Shown: positions 51,895-62,077 of the stretch, piece after piece
Layout of the letters: each line of letters opens with the position of its first letter
Numbering within the stretch: position 1 is the stretch's first letter
Origin: an uncultured Desulfosarcina sp.
GTDB taxonomy: Bacteria; Desulfobacterota; Desulfobacteria; Desulfobacterales; Desulfosarcinaceae
NCBI GenBank assembly: GCA_963674945.2
Contig: CAXXWQ010000004.1
Coordinates: forward strand, 448,001-512,000
Reading direction: 5' to 3'
DNA length: 64,000 nucleotides
Program-made: the position numbers and the translations under genes
The notes under the pieces: generated by a model
The model's input: only the letters and a program-made list of their open reading frames with translations
Database searches by the model: none
What the model was told of the DNA's origin: nothing

Positions 51895-54800
51895 ATGGGT
51901 GACTTTTTCGTCAGACGTCCCATCGTGGCCATGGTGCTGGCCATCTTTATGGTCATCGTTGGCCTGGTGTTTCTCGGCGGGCTGCCCACGGAGCAGTACC
52001 CGGACATCACGCCGCCCATCGTCCAGGTACGGGCGACCTACACCGGCGCCAACGCCATCAGCGTGGAGCAGTCTGTGGCCACCCCCCTGGAGCAGCAGAT
52101 CAACGGCGTCGACAACATGATCTACATGAAGTCCGTCAACGCCAACGACGGTACCATGACCATCCAGGTCTCCTTCGACGTGGGCACCGATCCGGACATG
52201 AACACGGTGTTCACCCAGAACCGGGTGGCGGCGGCAACGGCCAAGCTCCCCGAAGAGGTGAAACGGCTGGGGGTGACCACGGAAAAATCCATGCCCAACA
52301 TCCTCATGCTCATCTCCCTGACGGCCGACGATCCCCGATTCGACCAGGAGTTTCTCGGCAACTACTCGCTGATCAACATCAAGGACATCCTGGCGCGGAT
52401 CAAGGGCATCGGCCGGGTGAACGTCATGGGCGCCAGCGACTACTCCATGCGTATCTGGATCAAACCAGACCGGCTGGCCCACCTGGGCATCAGCGTTCCG
52501 GAGATCGTCGATGCCATCCGTGCCCAGAGCGTCGTCGTTCCGGGTGGTAAGTTCGGTGCCGAACCGGCCCCGCCGGGAACCGAATTCACTTATACCGTGC
52601 GCCTGCCCGACCGCCTGCAAAGCGAAAAGGAATTCGGCGAAATCGTGGTGCGCACGGCGGAAAACGGCAGCCAGGTGAATATCAAGCACATCGCCCGGGT
52701 GGAGCTGGGGGTGGAGACCTACAACGCCTTCACGCGCATGAACGACAAGCCCTGCGCCATGATCGCCCTCTACCAGGCCCCGGGATCCAACGCCGTCGCA
52801 TTGGCCGAAACGGTCAAACAGACCATGGCCGATCTTTCCCGCTCCTTTCCCAAGAGCATGCGCTACGACATCTCACTGGACACCACCCTGGCCATCACCG
52901 CTGGCATCAACGAAATCATCGAGACACTGATCATCGCCCTGGTGCTGGTAATCCTGGTGGTGTTCATCTTCATCCAGGACTGGCGGGCGACGTTGATCCC
53001 CACCATCGCCATCCCGGTCTCCCTGATCGCCACCTTCATCCTCTTTCCCTCCATCGGTTTTACCATCAACGTGCTCTCCCTTTTGGGACTGGTACTGGCC
53101 ATCGGCATCGTCGTGGACGACGCCATCGTGGTGGTGGAAGCGGTGCAGGTCAAGATCGAGGAGGGCATGCCACCCAAGGATGCCACCCGGGCCGCCATGA
53201 AGGAGGTGACCGCCCCGGTCATCGCCACAACCCTGGTGATGGTGGCGATTTTCATCCCGGTGGCCGTCATGGGCGGCATCACCGGCCGGCTCTACCAGCA
53301 GTTCGCCATTACCGTGGCCGTATCCGTGGTCTTCTCCTCCATCAACGCCCTGACCCTGAGCCCGGCCCTGTGCGGCCTGCTGCTGCGCAAGCAAAAACCC
53401 ATGCGCGGCCCCCTGGGCGCCTTTTTTCGGCTGTTCAACAAGGTGTTCGACAAGACCACTGCGGCCTACACCGGTTTCACGAAGGTCGTGACACGAAAGA
53501 TCGCCATCGGCCTCGTCTTCATCATCGCACTGACCGTCTGTATGGGCCTTTTAGGCAAGCTGGTCCCGGGCGGTTTCATGCCCAGCGAGGATATGGGATA
53601 CCTGATGGTCAACATCCAATTGCCCGACGCGTCCTCCCTGCAGCGCTCCGATGTGGTCGCCAAGAAGGTGGAACAGATCATCAAGCGGCATGAGGAGGTG
53701 GAATATGTCACCACCGCCACAGGCTTCAGCCTTCTCTCCAACGCCATGTCCTCCAATGCCGGGTTCGTCTTCGTCTCCCTCAAGGACTGGAGCGAAAGAC
53801 AAAGAACCGCCAACGAGATCGTGGCGGCTTTAAACAGGGAATTTTTCATGGCCGTGAACGAAGCCCAGGTCTTCGCCTTCGGCCCGCCTCCCATTCCCGG
53901 ATTGGGAAGCGGTTCCGGATTCACCATGAATCTTCAGGACCGGGCGGGCAACACCCCCGAGTACCTGGCCCAGCAGACGATCCATTTCATCCAGGCGGCC
54001 CAGAAACGGCCGGAGATCGGCAACATCGTGACCACGTTTCGGGCATCCGTCCCCCAGCGCTTCATGGAGATCAACCGGGACAAGGTGCTCAAGGCCGGCG
54101 TATCCCTGAACGACATCTACACCACGGTGGGCGCCTTCTTAGGCGGCTCCTACGTCAACGACTTCAACCGCTTCGGCCGCCTCTACAAGGCCTACATCCA
54201 GGCCGAACCGGAGTACCGCATCAGCGAAGACCGGATCAATCTGTTCTTCGTGAAAAACAGGGACGGCCAGGCGGTGCCCCTGAGCGCCTTCGTCAAAATC
54301 AAGGAGGTCGCCGGTCCGGATTTCACCAACCGGTTCAACCTCTACCGTTCCATCGAGCTGACCGGTGGACCGGCGCCCGGCCACACCTCCGCCCAGGCCC
54401 TGGCAGCGTTAGAGGAGGTGGCCGAATCCACCCTGCCGACGGACATGGGCTACGCCTGGGCCAACATGTCGTTCCAGGAGAAACAGGCATCCGGCACCGG
54501 CGCCATTGTCTTCGTTTTCTCCCTGCTCTTCGTCTTCCTCATCCTCGCGGCCCAGTACGAGAGCTGGTCCCTTCCCTTCAGTATCTTGCTGGGCACGCCA
54601 TTTGCCATCTTCGGTGCCTTTCTGGCCCTGTTTCTGGCCCGCATGGCCAGCACCAGTTATGAATTGAATGTCTTCGCCCAGATCGCCCTGGTCATGCTCA
54701 TCGGCATGGCCGCCAAGAACGCCATTTTGATCGTCGAGTTCGCCAACATGGAATTTCAAAAGGGCCTGTCCCTTTTCGATGCCGCCGTCAAGGCGGCCAG

Positions 54801-55035
54801 TTTGCGCTTCCGTCCCATTCTCATGACGGCCTTCTCCTTCATCCTGGGCGTGCTGCCCCTGGTGGTGGCCAGCGGCGCCGGCGCCGAGGCACGGGTTGTC
54901 ATGGGCATGGCGCTGCTTGGCGGTATGGCCGTAGCTACGACCCTGGGCGTGTTCTTCTATCCCCTGCTGTTCGTCTTCATCGGCAAAATCGCCGGATACG
55001 AGAAAAAAAGAGAACTTCAACAGGAGAAAGGTTGA
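51895..55035 (+). CDS. RND efflux permease (HAE1/AcrB family)
   Basis: FFVRRPI, QYPDITPP, AIGIVVDDAIVVVE, KNAILIVEFA and RFRPILMT. Confidence 0.95.
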   Translation: MGDFFVRRPIVAMVLAIFMVIVGLVFLGGLPTEQYPDITPPIVQVRATYTGANAISVEQSVATPLEQQINGVDNMIYMKSVNANDGTMTIQVSFDVGTDPDMNTVFTQNRVAAATAKLPEEVKRLGVTTEKSMPNILMLISLTADDPRFDQEFLGNYSLINIKDILARIKGIGRVNVMGASDYSMRIWIKPDRLAHLGISVPEIVDAIRAQSVVVPGGKFGAEPAPPGTEFTYTVRLPDRLQSEKEFGEIVVRTAENGSQVNIKHIARVELGVETYNAFTRMNDKPCAMIALYQAPGSNAVALAETVKQTMADLSRSFPKSMRYDISLDTTLAITAGINEIIETLIIALVLVILVVFIFIQDWRATLIPTIAIPVSLIATFILFPSIGFTINVLSLLGLVLAIGIVVDDAIVVVEAVQVKIEEGMPPKDATRAAMKEVTAPVIATTLVMVAIFIPVAVMGGITGRLYQQFAITVAVSVVFSSINALTLSPALCGLLLRKQKPMRGPLGAFFRLFNKVFDKTTAAYTGFTKVVTRKIAIGLVFIIALTVCMGLLGKLVPGGFMPSEDMGYLMVNIQLPDASSLQRSDVVAKKVEQIIKRHEEVEYVTTATGFSLLSNAMSSNAGFVFVSLKDWSERQRTANEIVAALNREFFMAVNEAQVFAFGPPPIPGLGSGSGFTMNLQDRAGNTPEYLAQQTIHFIQAAQKRPEIGNIVTTFRASVPQRFMEINRDKVLKAGVSLNDIYTTVGAFLGGSYVNDFNRFGRLYKAYIQAEPEYRISEDRINLFFVKNRDGQAVPLSAFVKIKEVAGPDFTNRFNLYRSIELTGGPAPGHTSAQALAALEEVAESTLPTDMGYAWANMSFQEKQASGTGAIVFVFSLLFVFLILAAQYESWSLPFSILLGTPFAIFGAFLALFLARMASTSYELNVFAQIALVMLIGMAAKNAILIVEFANMEFQKGLSLFDAAVKAASLRFRPILMTAFSFILGVLPLVVASGAGAEARVVMGMALLGGMAVATTLGVFFYPLLFVFIGKIAGYEKKRELQQEKG

Positions 55036-55042
55036 GCGTTCC

Positions 55043-56521
55043 ATGCAAACCCACGCCAGGACAATCAAGGCCAGTGTCCTGTTGGCGATGTTTTCGCTGA
55101 CGCTTTTGTCCGCATGTGCGGTCGGCCCCGATTTTACGGAACCCGAAGTGGACTTTCCCGACACCTACCGGACGTCGGTGATGCCGCAAGCACCCGAGGC
55201 GGACCTGAAATGGTGGGAGTTGTTCGACGACCCGCTGCTCTTCGACCTGGTGACCACGGCCCTGGAAAATAACCGGGACGTTCGCATCGCCATCATCCGG
55301 ATGGAGCAGGCCCGGGCTACCGTTGGATTCACGCAAGCCGATCAATACCCCCGCCTGGACGGCGAGGCCGGCGCACGGGCGGGAAATTTCAACGGCGGCT
55401 CGAGAAGCCTGGACACCACCGGAACCATTTACCTTTCCGCCCCATTGACTTGGGAGATTGATTTCTGGGGAAGGTACAGGCGCAGCACCGATGCGGCGCG
55501 GGCCGAACTGATGGCTTCCCAATACGGCGTGAAGAGTGTGCAGCTGGCACTGATCGCCGACGTTGCCTCCCTCTACTACCAGCTCATCGACTTTCACGAT
55601 AGGCGCCTCATCTCCGAAGAGACCCTCGACTCTAGAAGCAAGAGCCTTGCGATCATCCAGCAGCGTTTCGAAAAGGGCATCATCGGCGAACTGGACGTCA
55701 ATCAGGCCCAGATCCAGAAGGAGATTGCCGCCGGCAGTGTTCCCCTGTACGAGCGATCCATCGCAAAGGCCGAAAACGGCCTGGCCCTCCTCTTGGGTCG
55801 TCTGCCGGAAACCGTCCGCATTCGGAAAAATCTGATCGGTAAAAATCCGCCGCAGATCCCCGTGGGACTCCCGTCGGAGATCCTCTCGCGACGCCCGGAC
55901 ATCATCCGGGCCAAGTACCTGCTCAAAGCCCAGACGGAGCGAATCGGCGTGGCCCAGGCCCTTCGCCTTCCGGCCATCACCCTCACCGGCAACCTGGGCA
56001 TTGCCAGCACGGATCTGGGATCGGTGACCACCGATGGCGGCGTGTGGTCCGTGGGCGGCCAGTTGCTCGGCCCCATCATCGACTTCGGGAAAAACAAACA
56101 GCGGGTAGATATCGAGACCCTGAAAACGACAGAAACGCTCCTGCAATATGAAAACACCGTGCTCAATGCCTTTCGTGAAGTGGAGGACGCCCTTGCTGAA
56201 ATCGACACCTATAAAAAGGAACTGGCCGCCATCGACCGCCAGCAAAAGGCTGCGAAAAATGCCAACGAACTTTCCAAGGAGCGCTATGATAAGGGGGTGA
56301 CCAGCTACCTGGAGGTTCTGGATACGGAGCGAACCCTGTTCAATGCCGAACTGAAATTGTCCGAACTGACGCAACTTTATCGAAACGCCCATGTGAACCT
56401 GTACAAGGTCCTGGGCGGCGGCTGGATCACGGCCGAGGAGCACGAACGGAACCAGTACCCGCATTCCCCCGTACACTATATGACCGAACGGGAAGCGAGG
56501 ACGACGGATCGAGTACAATAA
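55043..56521 (+). CDS. RND outer membrane lipoprotein (NodT/OprM family)
   Basis: LSACAVGP, WWELFDDP, WEIDFWGR, RRPDI and LYKVLGGGW. Confidence 0.94.
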   Translation: MQTHARTIKASVLLAMFSLTLLSACAVGPDFTEPEVDFPDTYRTSVMPQAPEADLKWWELFDDPLLFDLVTTALENNRDVRIAIIRMEQARATVGFTQADQYPRLDGEAGARAGNFNGGSRSLDTTGTIYLSAPLTWEIDFWGRYRRSTDAARAELMASQYGVKSVQLALIADVASLYYQLIDFHDRRLISEETLDSRSKSLAIIQQRFEKGIIGELDVNQAQIQKEIAAGSVPLYERSIAKAENGLALLLGRLPETVRIRKNLIGKNPPQIPVGLPSEILSRRPDIIRAKYLLKAQTERIGVAQALRLPAITLTGNLGIASTDLGSVTTDGGVWSVGGQLLGPIIDFGKNKQRVDIETLKTTETLLQYENTVLNAFREVEDALAEIDTYKKELAAIDRQQKAAKNANELSKERYDKGVTSYLEVLDTERTLFNAELKLSELTQLYRNAHVNLYKVLGGGWITAEEHERNQYPHSPVHYMTEREARTTDRVQ

Positions 56522-56902
56522 CCATTATCCATTTTTGATCAGCATTAAAAGAGGTTGGAATTTGGTAATACGATCCAGGTACACAGAGCTCGACTTTGTG
56601 CTCCCCCTGGAAAAGGATGCGCTGTGACCACGGTAACCGCCACAGGAGTCAGCGCCAACGAACGCTGACCTGGTCCAGAGAACCAGGTTTTCCACACTTC
56701 AATGACATCAAGGGGCGGCCCAGCCCCGGGGCAGCCCATGGGGATGGCGATCATGAACGGTGAAAGTCGCGCATTTCGGGTTGCCCTTGCATTGATGGGG
56801 CTGTTTTTGGTATCGTTGTACGAAACGGCAGAATTACAAAGTGATATTCGTTCGGACGGAATGAGCGACAACTAAAATAGGAAGGGAAAACGGGAGGATC
56901 GC

Positions 56903-57121
56903 ATGATACGCCATCAGAACCAAAAAGAAAAAAGAAGATGCGACCCTTATCTGGATCGGAGATCCGGCGACGACCGGCGAATGTTTTACGCCATCGCCTA
57001 CTTTCTGGATGGCGGGCGTGAAAGAAGAGGCGAGCAAGAGCGTCGCAGCCTCTTTGAACGTCGGGCCGACTGTGTGCGGGTTACACGATGGTCCAGTGTA
57101 TGTGCCGAAAGTCATAGATAG
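56903..57121 (+). CDS. Small Arg-rich protein with repeated (D/E)RR motifs
   Basis: Strong RBS GGGAGG; DRRSGDDRR...ERRGEQERRSLFERR. Confidence 0.7.
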   Translation: MIRHQNQKEKRRCDPYLDRRSGDDRRMFYAIAYFLDGGRERRGEQERRSLFERRADCVRVTRWSSVCAESHR

Positions 57122-57409
57122 GACATCTTCCCGTCCCCTGCCCTGCCGGTACCGTTTTCCCCCGACACCACCCCTCGCCCTTCGGATCGCCTCTATTACT
57201 GTACGAGGGGCGGACCAGAGAAAGGGCCAGCGCCAACCATTGCCGCAGTCATCGACCATCCACAGAGAGGCTGGTTTGATGAATCCCCCGCAAAGAGGGA
57301 ATAAACACGGAAATCGTCGTCTTCCATCTTGAAATCCGACCAAAACTTCGAAACCCGGCTGTCGAACATCGGACTTCCAATTTCGAGCGTTGTACAATGA
57401 GGGTTTTCC

Positions 57410-59899
57410 ATGGCAAGCAAAAAGAAACGTTTTCCCTTTTACGTCGGCATTTCCACCCTCGTGGTACTCATCGTGGGAATCGTCAGCGTCCTGTTTTTGT
57501 GGATCAGCCACCATGAGAGCAAAATGGCGGCCATCTTTATGGCCGATCGACTCTTTACGGAAATCAACACGAAAACGGTAGAGCGGTATGAAAGCGCCTT
57601 GGAATCGGTGGCCATGCTGGTGAAGTCCATGTCGCGGATGCCGTCCATGCAGATCCGGCCGACGGCATCACAAATCACGCACCCCGCAATGGCGGTACTG
57701 TTCGAAGCCCTCGACACCTATGATTTTCTCTTTTCCGCCTACGTGGGATACGAGGACGGCGGCTTTTTTCAGATCGTGGCGCTGAGAAACAAGACGGAAA
57801 TCATGCGGATATTCGGGGCGCCGCCGGAAGCCGCATATATCGTGCGAACCATATCGGCCGATCCGTCCGGCGGTCTCGTTCAGCACTGGGGGTTTCTGGA
57901 TTCCGGCCAACAAATCATCGGCCGGCGCAACGATCTGGACCCGAATTACGATCCCCGCACCCGCCCCTGGTATATTCGGGCCAGAGGCGAAACCACGGCA
58001 TTTTTCACCCGCCCCTATATTTTCAGTTCGACCCGGCTGCCCGGCATCACCTGTGCCGAAACCCTTTCCGATGGATCCGGCGTCGTTGGCGCCGATATCA
58101 CCTTGGACCGGTTCGCCCTTTCCCTCGCCCGGCAAAAAGTGTCGGCCAACGGCACCCTCTTTCTCTTCGACCACGACGGCCGGATTATCGCCCACCCGGA
58201 AAGAAAAACCACCGTCGCCGAAGCCGGTGCCCCCTTGCAGTTTCCCACGGGAGAATCCTTCGATGATCCGAAGATCCGCTCTGTTGTCTCGCGATACAAA
58301 GATGGAATCGACCGGGCAATGGACCGTACGTTCGAAATGAACATCGGCGGATCCGCTTTTCTGGTACGGTTGACCCCCATCACCGCAGCCCTGAAATTCG
58401 GACAGATTCTGGCGTCCGTCGCCCCGGTTTCCGATTTCACCGATCATATCCGGCGTATGCAGCAGCGCATCTTTTTCTTCTCCGGCCTGGTGCTGGTAAT
58501 CTTCTTGCCCCTTTCGCTTCTGGTATCGCGGAAGATCTCGTCTTCTTTAATTCGACTGGAGATGGAATCTTTGAAAATTCAGCGTTCCGACTTTTCCGAA
58601 TCGTCCCCCTTCGACTCCAACATCCGGGAAATCCATTCGCTTATCAACGCCTTTTTCCTCATGAAGACCAAGATCCGAAAACTTCTCGAACAGCAGCGAA
58701 AACTGTTCGACGACTTCACCAAGTTGATCGCCGGTGCCATCGATGCCAAATCACCGTATACCGGCGGTCACTGCGCCCGTGTACCTGTCGTGGCCCAGAT
58801 GCTGGCCCGGGCGGCGTGCGATGCCAAGAGCGGCCCCTTTGCCGATTTCTCAATAGATTCTCCCGATCAGCGCTGGGAGTTCGAAGTGGCCGCATGGCTG
58901 CATGACTGCGGAAAGGTCACCACTCCTGAGTATATCGTTGACAAGGCGACAAAACTCGAGACGATCTACAACCGGATTCACGAAATCCGAATGCGATTCG
59001 AGGTGTTGTTACGGGATGCCGAAATCGCTTATTACCAACGACGACTGGCCGGTGATGAAGACCTGGGGCAGCTTGATGAAACGCTGAAACGCAAGAAACG
59101 GCAAATCGAATCCGATTATGCCTTTGTCGCCCAATGCAACATCGGCGGCGAGTTCATGGCAGACGAGAAGATCGATCGGCTGAGGAAGATCGGCGCACAA
59201 ACCTGGATTCGCCATCTGGACGATCGTATCGGCATCTCCCAGGACGAAGCGGTGCAAAAAAATCGGCAGCCGGCGCCGCCGTTGCCGGTAATCGAACAGA
59301 TCCTGGCCGACAAAGCCGAGCACATTATCCCCCGATTGCAGCCGGAACCCCTGAAAGACAACCCTTACGGGTTCAATATGACCGTTCCCGACAAGATGTA
59401 CAACCTGGGTGAAATGTATAATCTGAGCATTCGGAAAGGAACCCTCTCACCGGAAGATCGATTCAAGATCAACGAGCATATCATCCAGACCATCATCATG
59501 CTCAACCGGCTGGAATTTCCCGAGTATTTGAAAAACGTGCCCGAATTCGCCGGCGCCCATCACGAAACCATGGACGGCACCGGCTATCCCCGGGGGCTTA
59601 CCAAAGCGGACATGTCCGTTCCCGCCCGCATCATGGCCATCGCGGATATCTTCGAGGCGCTTACCGCGGCGGACAGGCCCTATAAAACACCCAAGACCCT
59701 CTCCGAATCCTTGGAGATCATGCGCCGTTTGCGCGATGACCGGCACATCGATGCCGACCTGTTCGACCTGTTTCTAAGAACCGGAATTTACGGGACCTAT
59801 GCAAAAAAATATCTGGCACCCGCGCAGATCGATTCTGTGAATATCGAAAATTACCTTTCGGCCGGGGCGGGAAGTGATTATATTCGAGGAACTGATTGA
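57410..59899 (+). CDS. Membrane Cache-domain HD-GYP phosphohydrolase
   Basis: YDPRTRPWY (Cache), IDAKSPYTGGHC, LHDCGK, HHETMDGTGYP and IADIFEALTA.DRPYK. Confidence 0.92.
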   Translation: MASKKKRFPFYVGISTLVVLIVGIVSVLFLWISHHESKMAAIFMADRLFTEINTKTVERYESALESVAMLVKSMSRMPSMQIRPTASQITHPAMAVLFEALDTYDFLFSAYVGYEDGGFFQIVALRNKTEIMRIFGAPPEAAYIVRTISADPSGGLVQHWGFLDSGQQIIGRRNDLDPNYDPRTRPWYIRARGETTAFFTRPYIFSSTRLPGITCAETLSDGSGVVGADITLDRFALSLARQKVSANGTLFLFDHDGRIIAHPERKTTVAEAGAPLQFPTGESFDDPKIRSVVSRYKDGIDRAMDRTFEMNIGGSAFLVRLTPITAALKFGQILASVAPVSDFTDHIRRMQQRIFFFSGLVLVIFLPLSLLVSRKISSSLIRLEMESLKIQRSDFSESSPFDSNIREIHSLINAFFLMKTKIRKLLEQQRKLFDDFTKLIAGAIDAKSPYTGGHCARVPVVAQMLARAACDAKSGPFADFSIDSPDQRWEFEVAAWLHDCGKVTTPEYIVDKATKLETIYNRIHEIRMRFEVLLRDAEIAYYQRRLAGDEDLGQLDETLKRKKRQIESDYAFVAQCNIGGEFMADEKIDRLRKIGAQTWIRHLDDRIGISQDEAVQKNRQPAPPLPVIEQILADKAEHIIPRLQPEPLKDNPYGFNMTVPDKMYNLGEMYNLSIRKGTLSPEDRFKINEHIIQTIIMLNRLEFPEYLKNVPEFAGAHHETMDGTGYPRGLTKADMSVPARIMAIADIFEALTAADRPYKTPKTLSESLEIMRRLRDDRHIDADLFDLFLRTGIYGTYAKKYLAPAQIDSVNIENYLSAGAGSDYIRGTD

Positions 59900-59923
59900 T
59901 CCCGAAATGAGAAAGGACCGTCA

Positions 59924-60550
59924 ATGAAAGTTACAAACGCATCGTCCACGACAATCGTCATATGGAACATTCTCTTTCTCCTATCCATAACGTTCCTGGC
60001 CGCCTGTTCCCAGCGATCCGTGGAAAGCGGCGCCAAGGGCGCCGCCGTGGGTTCGGTGGTCGGTGCCGTCGGAGGACTGGTGACCGGCCTGGTCTTTGGC
60101 GGCAATCCTGCCGAGGCGGCGGCCCGGGGAGCCGTATATGGAGGCAGCACCGGGGCCGCATCGGGTGCCATCTCCGGATCTATGGCGGACAGCCAGGAGA
60201 AAAAAGCCAGGAAGGCCGCCGAAGAAAAGGCCTTGCGCAACAAGCTGGGGGAAGATGCCTATCAGGGTCTGGAGGCCCTTGCGCAGTGCAAACACGAAGT
60301 GGCATTGGGCTACGGGCGAACCGCGGCCCAGTCCGGCAACCATGACTATGCCCTGGCCGGCCTTTGGCTCCAGGCCATTGCCTATGCGGACAGCGGCCAA
60401 CCGGAGAAAGCCCGAACACTCTATTCCGACCTGGTGGCCAGAGACGACAAGATCGCATCGGAAAGCGAGGCGGAAGAAAAAATGCAGACCACGCTTCAAA
60501 AGTTATACGATATCCGAAAGGCCCACAATTTACCCCAGAAATGCGGGTAG
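59924..60550 (+). CDS. Glycine-zipper lipoprotein
   Basis: Lipobox LAAC; GAAVGSVVGAVGG glycine zipper. Confidence 0.75.
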   Translation: MKVTNASSTTIVIWNILFLLSITFLAACSQRSVESGAKGAAVGSVVGAVGGLVTGLVFGGNPAEAAARGAVYGGSTGAASGAISGSMADSQEKKARKAAEEKALRNKLGEDAYQGLEALAQCKHEVALGYGRTAAQSGNHDYALAGLWLQAIAYADSGQPEKARTLYSDLVARDDKIASESEAEEKMQTTLQKLYDIRKAHNLPQKCG

Positions 60551-60755
60551 ACGCTATCGGTGTGAATCTTCCCGGTCAAGTTTCTGTTGCGTTTCCAAAT
60601 TGAAGTACTCGATCCTTCGATATTCCCAATCCCACCGGAGATGAGTGGATTATGCTGTGAAGTATGTTATTGAGCTGTTCAGGTACAACTTTTATGATTG
60701 GGATCGACTACAACGGATGCAGCAAATAGTATCGGCCTGTGTCTATAATCGGGGA

Positions 60756-61709
60756 TTATGCACTCATTTTAATTTTGGTTTCGTTTTTTTCGAAAAGATC
60801 TGGATACAAGGATTTAACACAATCGGGACAGATCCCGTGGGTAAAGTCGGCCTTCGTTTTCTTCTGGAGGAATGTTTCGATTTGCACCCAATTTTCATTT
60901 TCATCCCTGATTTTTTTACAATTGGAGCAGATGGGGATAAATCCGCTTAACAACTTTTCCAATGCCTCGGAAAGCTGCTTTTGAAGGATACGTTGTTGTT
61001 CGTCGATCCGTTTCCGCTCCGTGATGTCCAAAAGCGATGCCACACTTTGTGATGTCTCGGGAATGATGTCAATGGTGATGTAAACATCGCGGAGTTCTCC
61101 GCTTCGGTTTTGGAATTTAAATTCGTAGTTTTTGGGAGCCCCATTTTCAAGCGTTCGACGCTGCCGATGGTAAGCGCTTAACTTTTCCTTATCCTTAGGT
61201 GCCGCGAAATCGACAAACAATTTTTGATTTTCAACCGCTTCCTTATCGAACCCCGAAAGGATTTCGAATTCCTTGTTGATCAATGAAATGGTCTGGTCTT
61301 TTTCAATAATGACCATGGCCGTACCAGTTGTTTGAAAAATGGTGCGATATTGTTTTTCGGAAGCGCAAAGCTTTGCCTTTGCTTGGGACAATTGTTCGCT
61401 TAAAATGACAGCAATCACGGAAACGAAAAAAAACATGACAACCCGGATTACATCGTCCAGTGTCCATGCATATTTTCCGAAAAGATATTCCCCACCAATT
61501 AAAAGGATAGCGAGGACGGCCGTGATGATCAGGCCTCGATTCTTCCACCAGATGCACGCGATGATGATGGGGACGTAGAAAAAGTGAGTAAACAAGGTCC
61601 CTGTTTCCAGCACGTTTTTAAACAGGAACGTCAGCAAACTGGCAAATACCAGCAAACCGACCATCAGAAGAATTCGTGATCTTGACTCGCTCATTAAAAT
61701 TCGTTTCAT
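60756..61709 (-). CDS. Membrane PAS domain protein with C-terminal Cys/His metal-binding motif
   Basis: Four TM helices, PAS ending in DITERK, and IPICSNCKKIRD...THGICPDC. Confidence 0.85.
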   Translation of the reverse strand: MKRILMSESRSRILLMVGLLVFASLLTFLFKNVLETGTLFTHFFYVPIIIACIWWKNRGLIITAVLAILLIGGEYLFGKYAWTLDDVIRVVMFFFVSVIAVILSEQLSQAKAKLCASEKQYRTIFQTTGTAMVIIEKDQTISLINKEFEILSGFDKEAVENQKLFVDFAAPKDKEKLSAYHRQRRTLENGAPKNYEFKFQNRSGELRDVYITIDIIPETSQSVASLLDITERKRIDEQQRILQKQLSEALEKLLSGFIPICSNCKKIRDENENWVQIETFLQKKTKADFTHGICPDCVKSLYPDLFEKNETKIKMSA

Positions 61710-61772
61710 TGGTAATGATCCATTTTTTTAATCGATTTACATCGTTATTTGTTCTTTCTTGTCTGACCTACT

Positions 61773-61788
61773 CGCATTTCACGTGCCA
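61773..61788 (-). promoter_or_regulatory. sigma54 promoter for the PAS protein
   Basis: Minus strand TGGCACGTGAAATGCG has correct GG/GC spacing; AT-rich upstream DNA. Confidence 0.7.
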
Positions 61789-62077
61789 TGCAGGCAAAAA
61801 GAAACGGATCGCAATCAGATTTCCTTATAAAAAAACGTCCAATACCTGCCTTGTTCGTTTCTTGATTTTTTTCCGAAACAGGATAAATTAAATATTATAA
61901 CAAGTCGTTAAGCTCAAACCACATCTGTGATTCAATGCTTTTTTGTTCCATCGTTTTCTTCTTTGGAATACAACGAAACAGAATGGGGAAAAAATGGCGA
62001 CGTTGTAAAGTTTTGTAATCGATCTTTACAGGGTGTAAAAATCTCTGACCCGTACCGCCGTTCGGCATCGGTTGCCC

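Noticed and set aside
54977..56518. 513-aa minus-strand ORF
   Set aside because: Antisense shadow of the RND outer membrane factor.
56608..56694. Cloverleaf-like fold as a tRNA or tRNA-Sec
   Set aside because: No TTC-containing T loop or D-loop signature on either strand.
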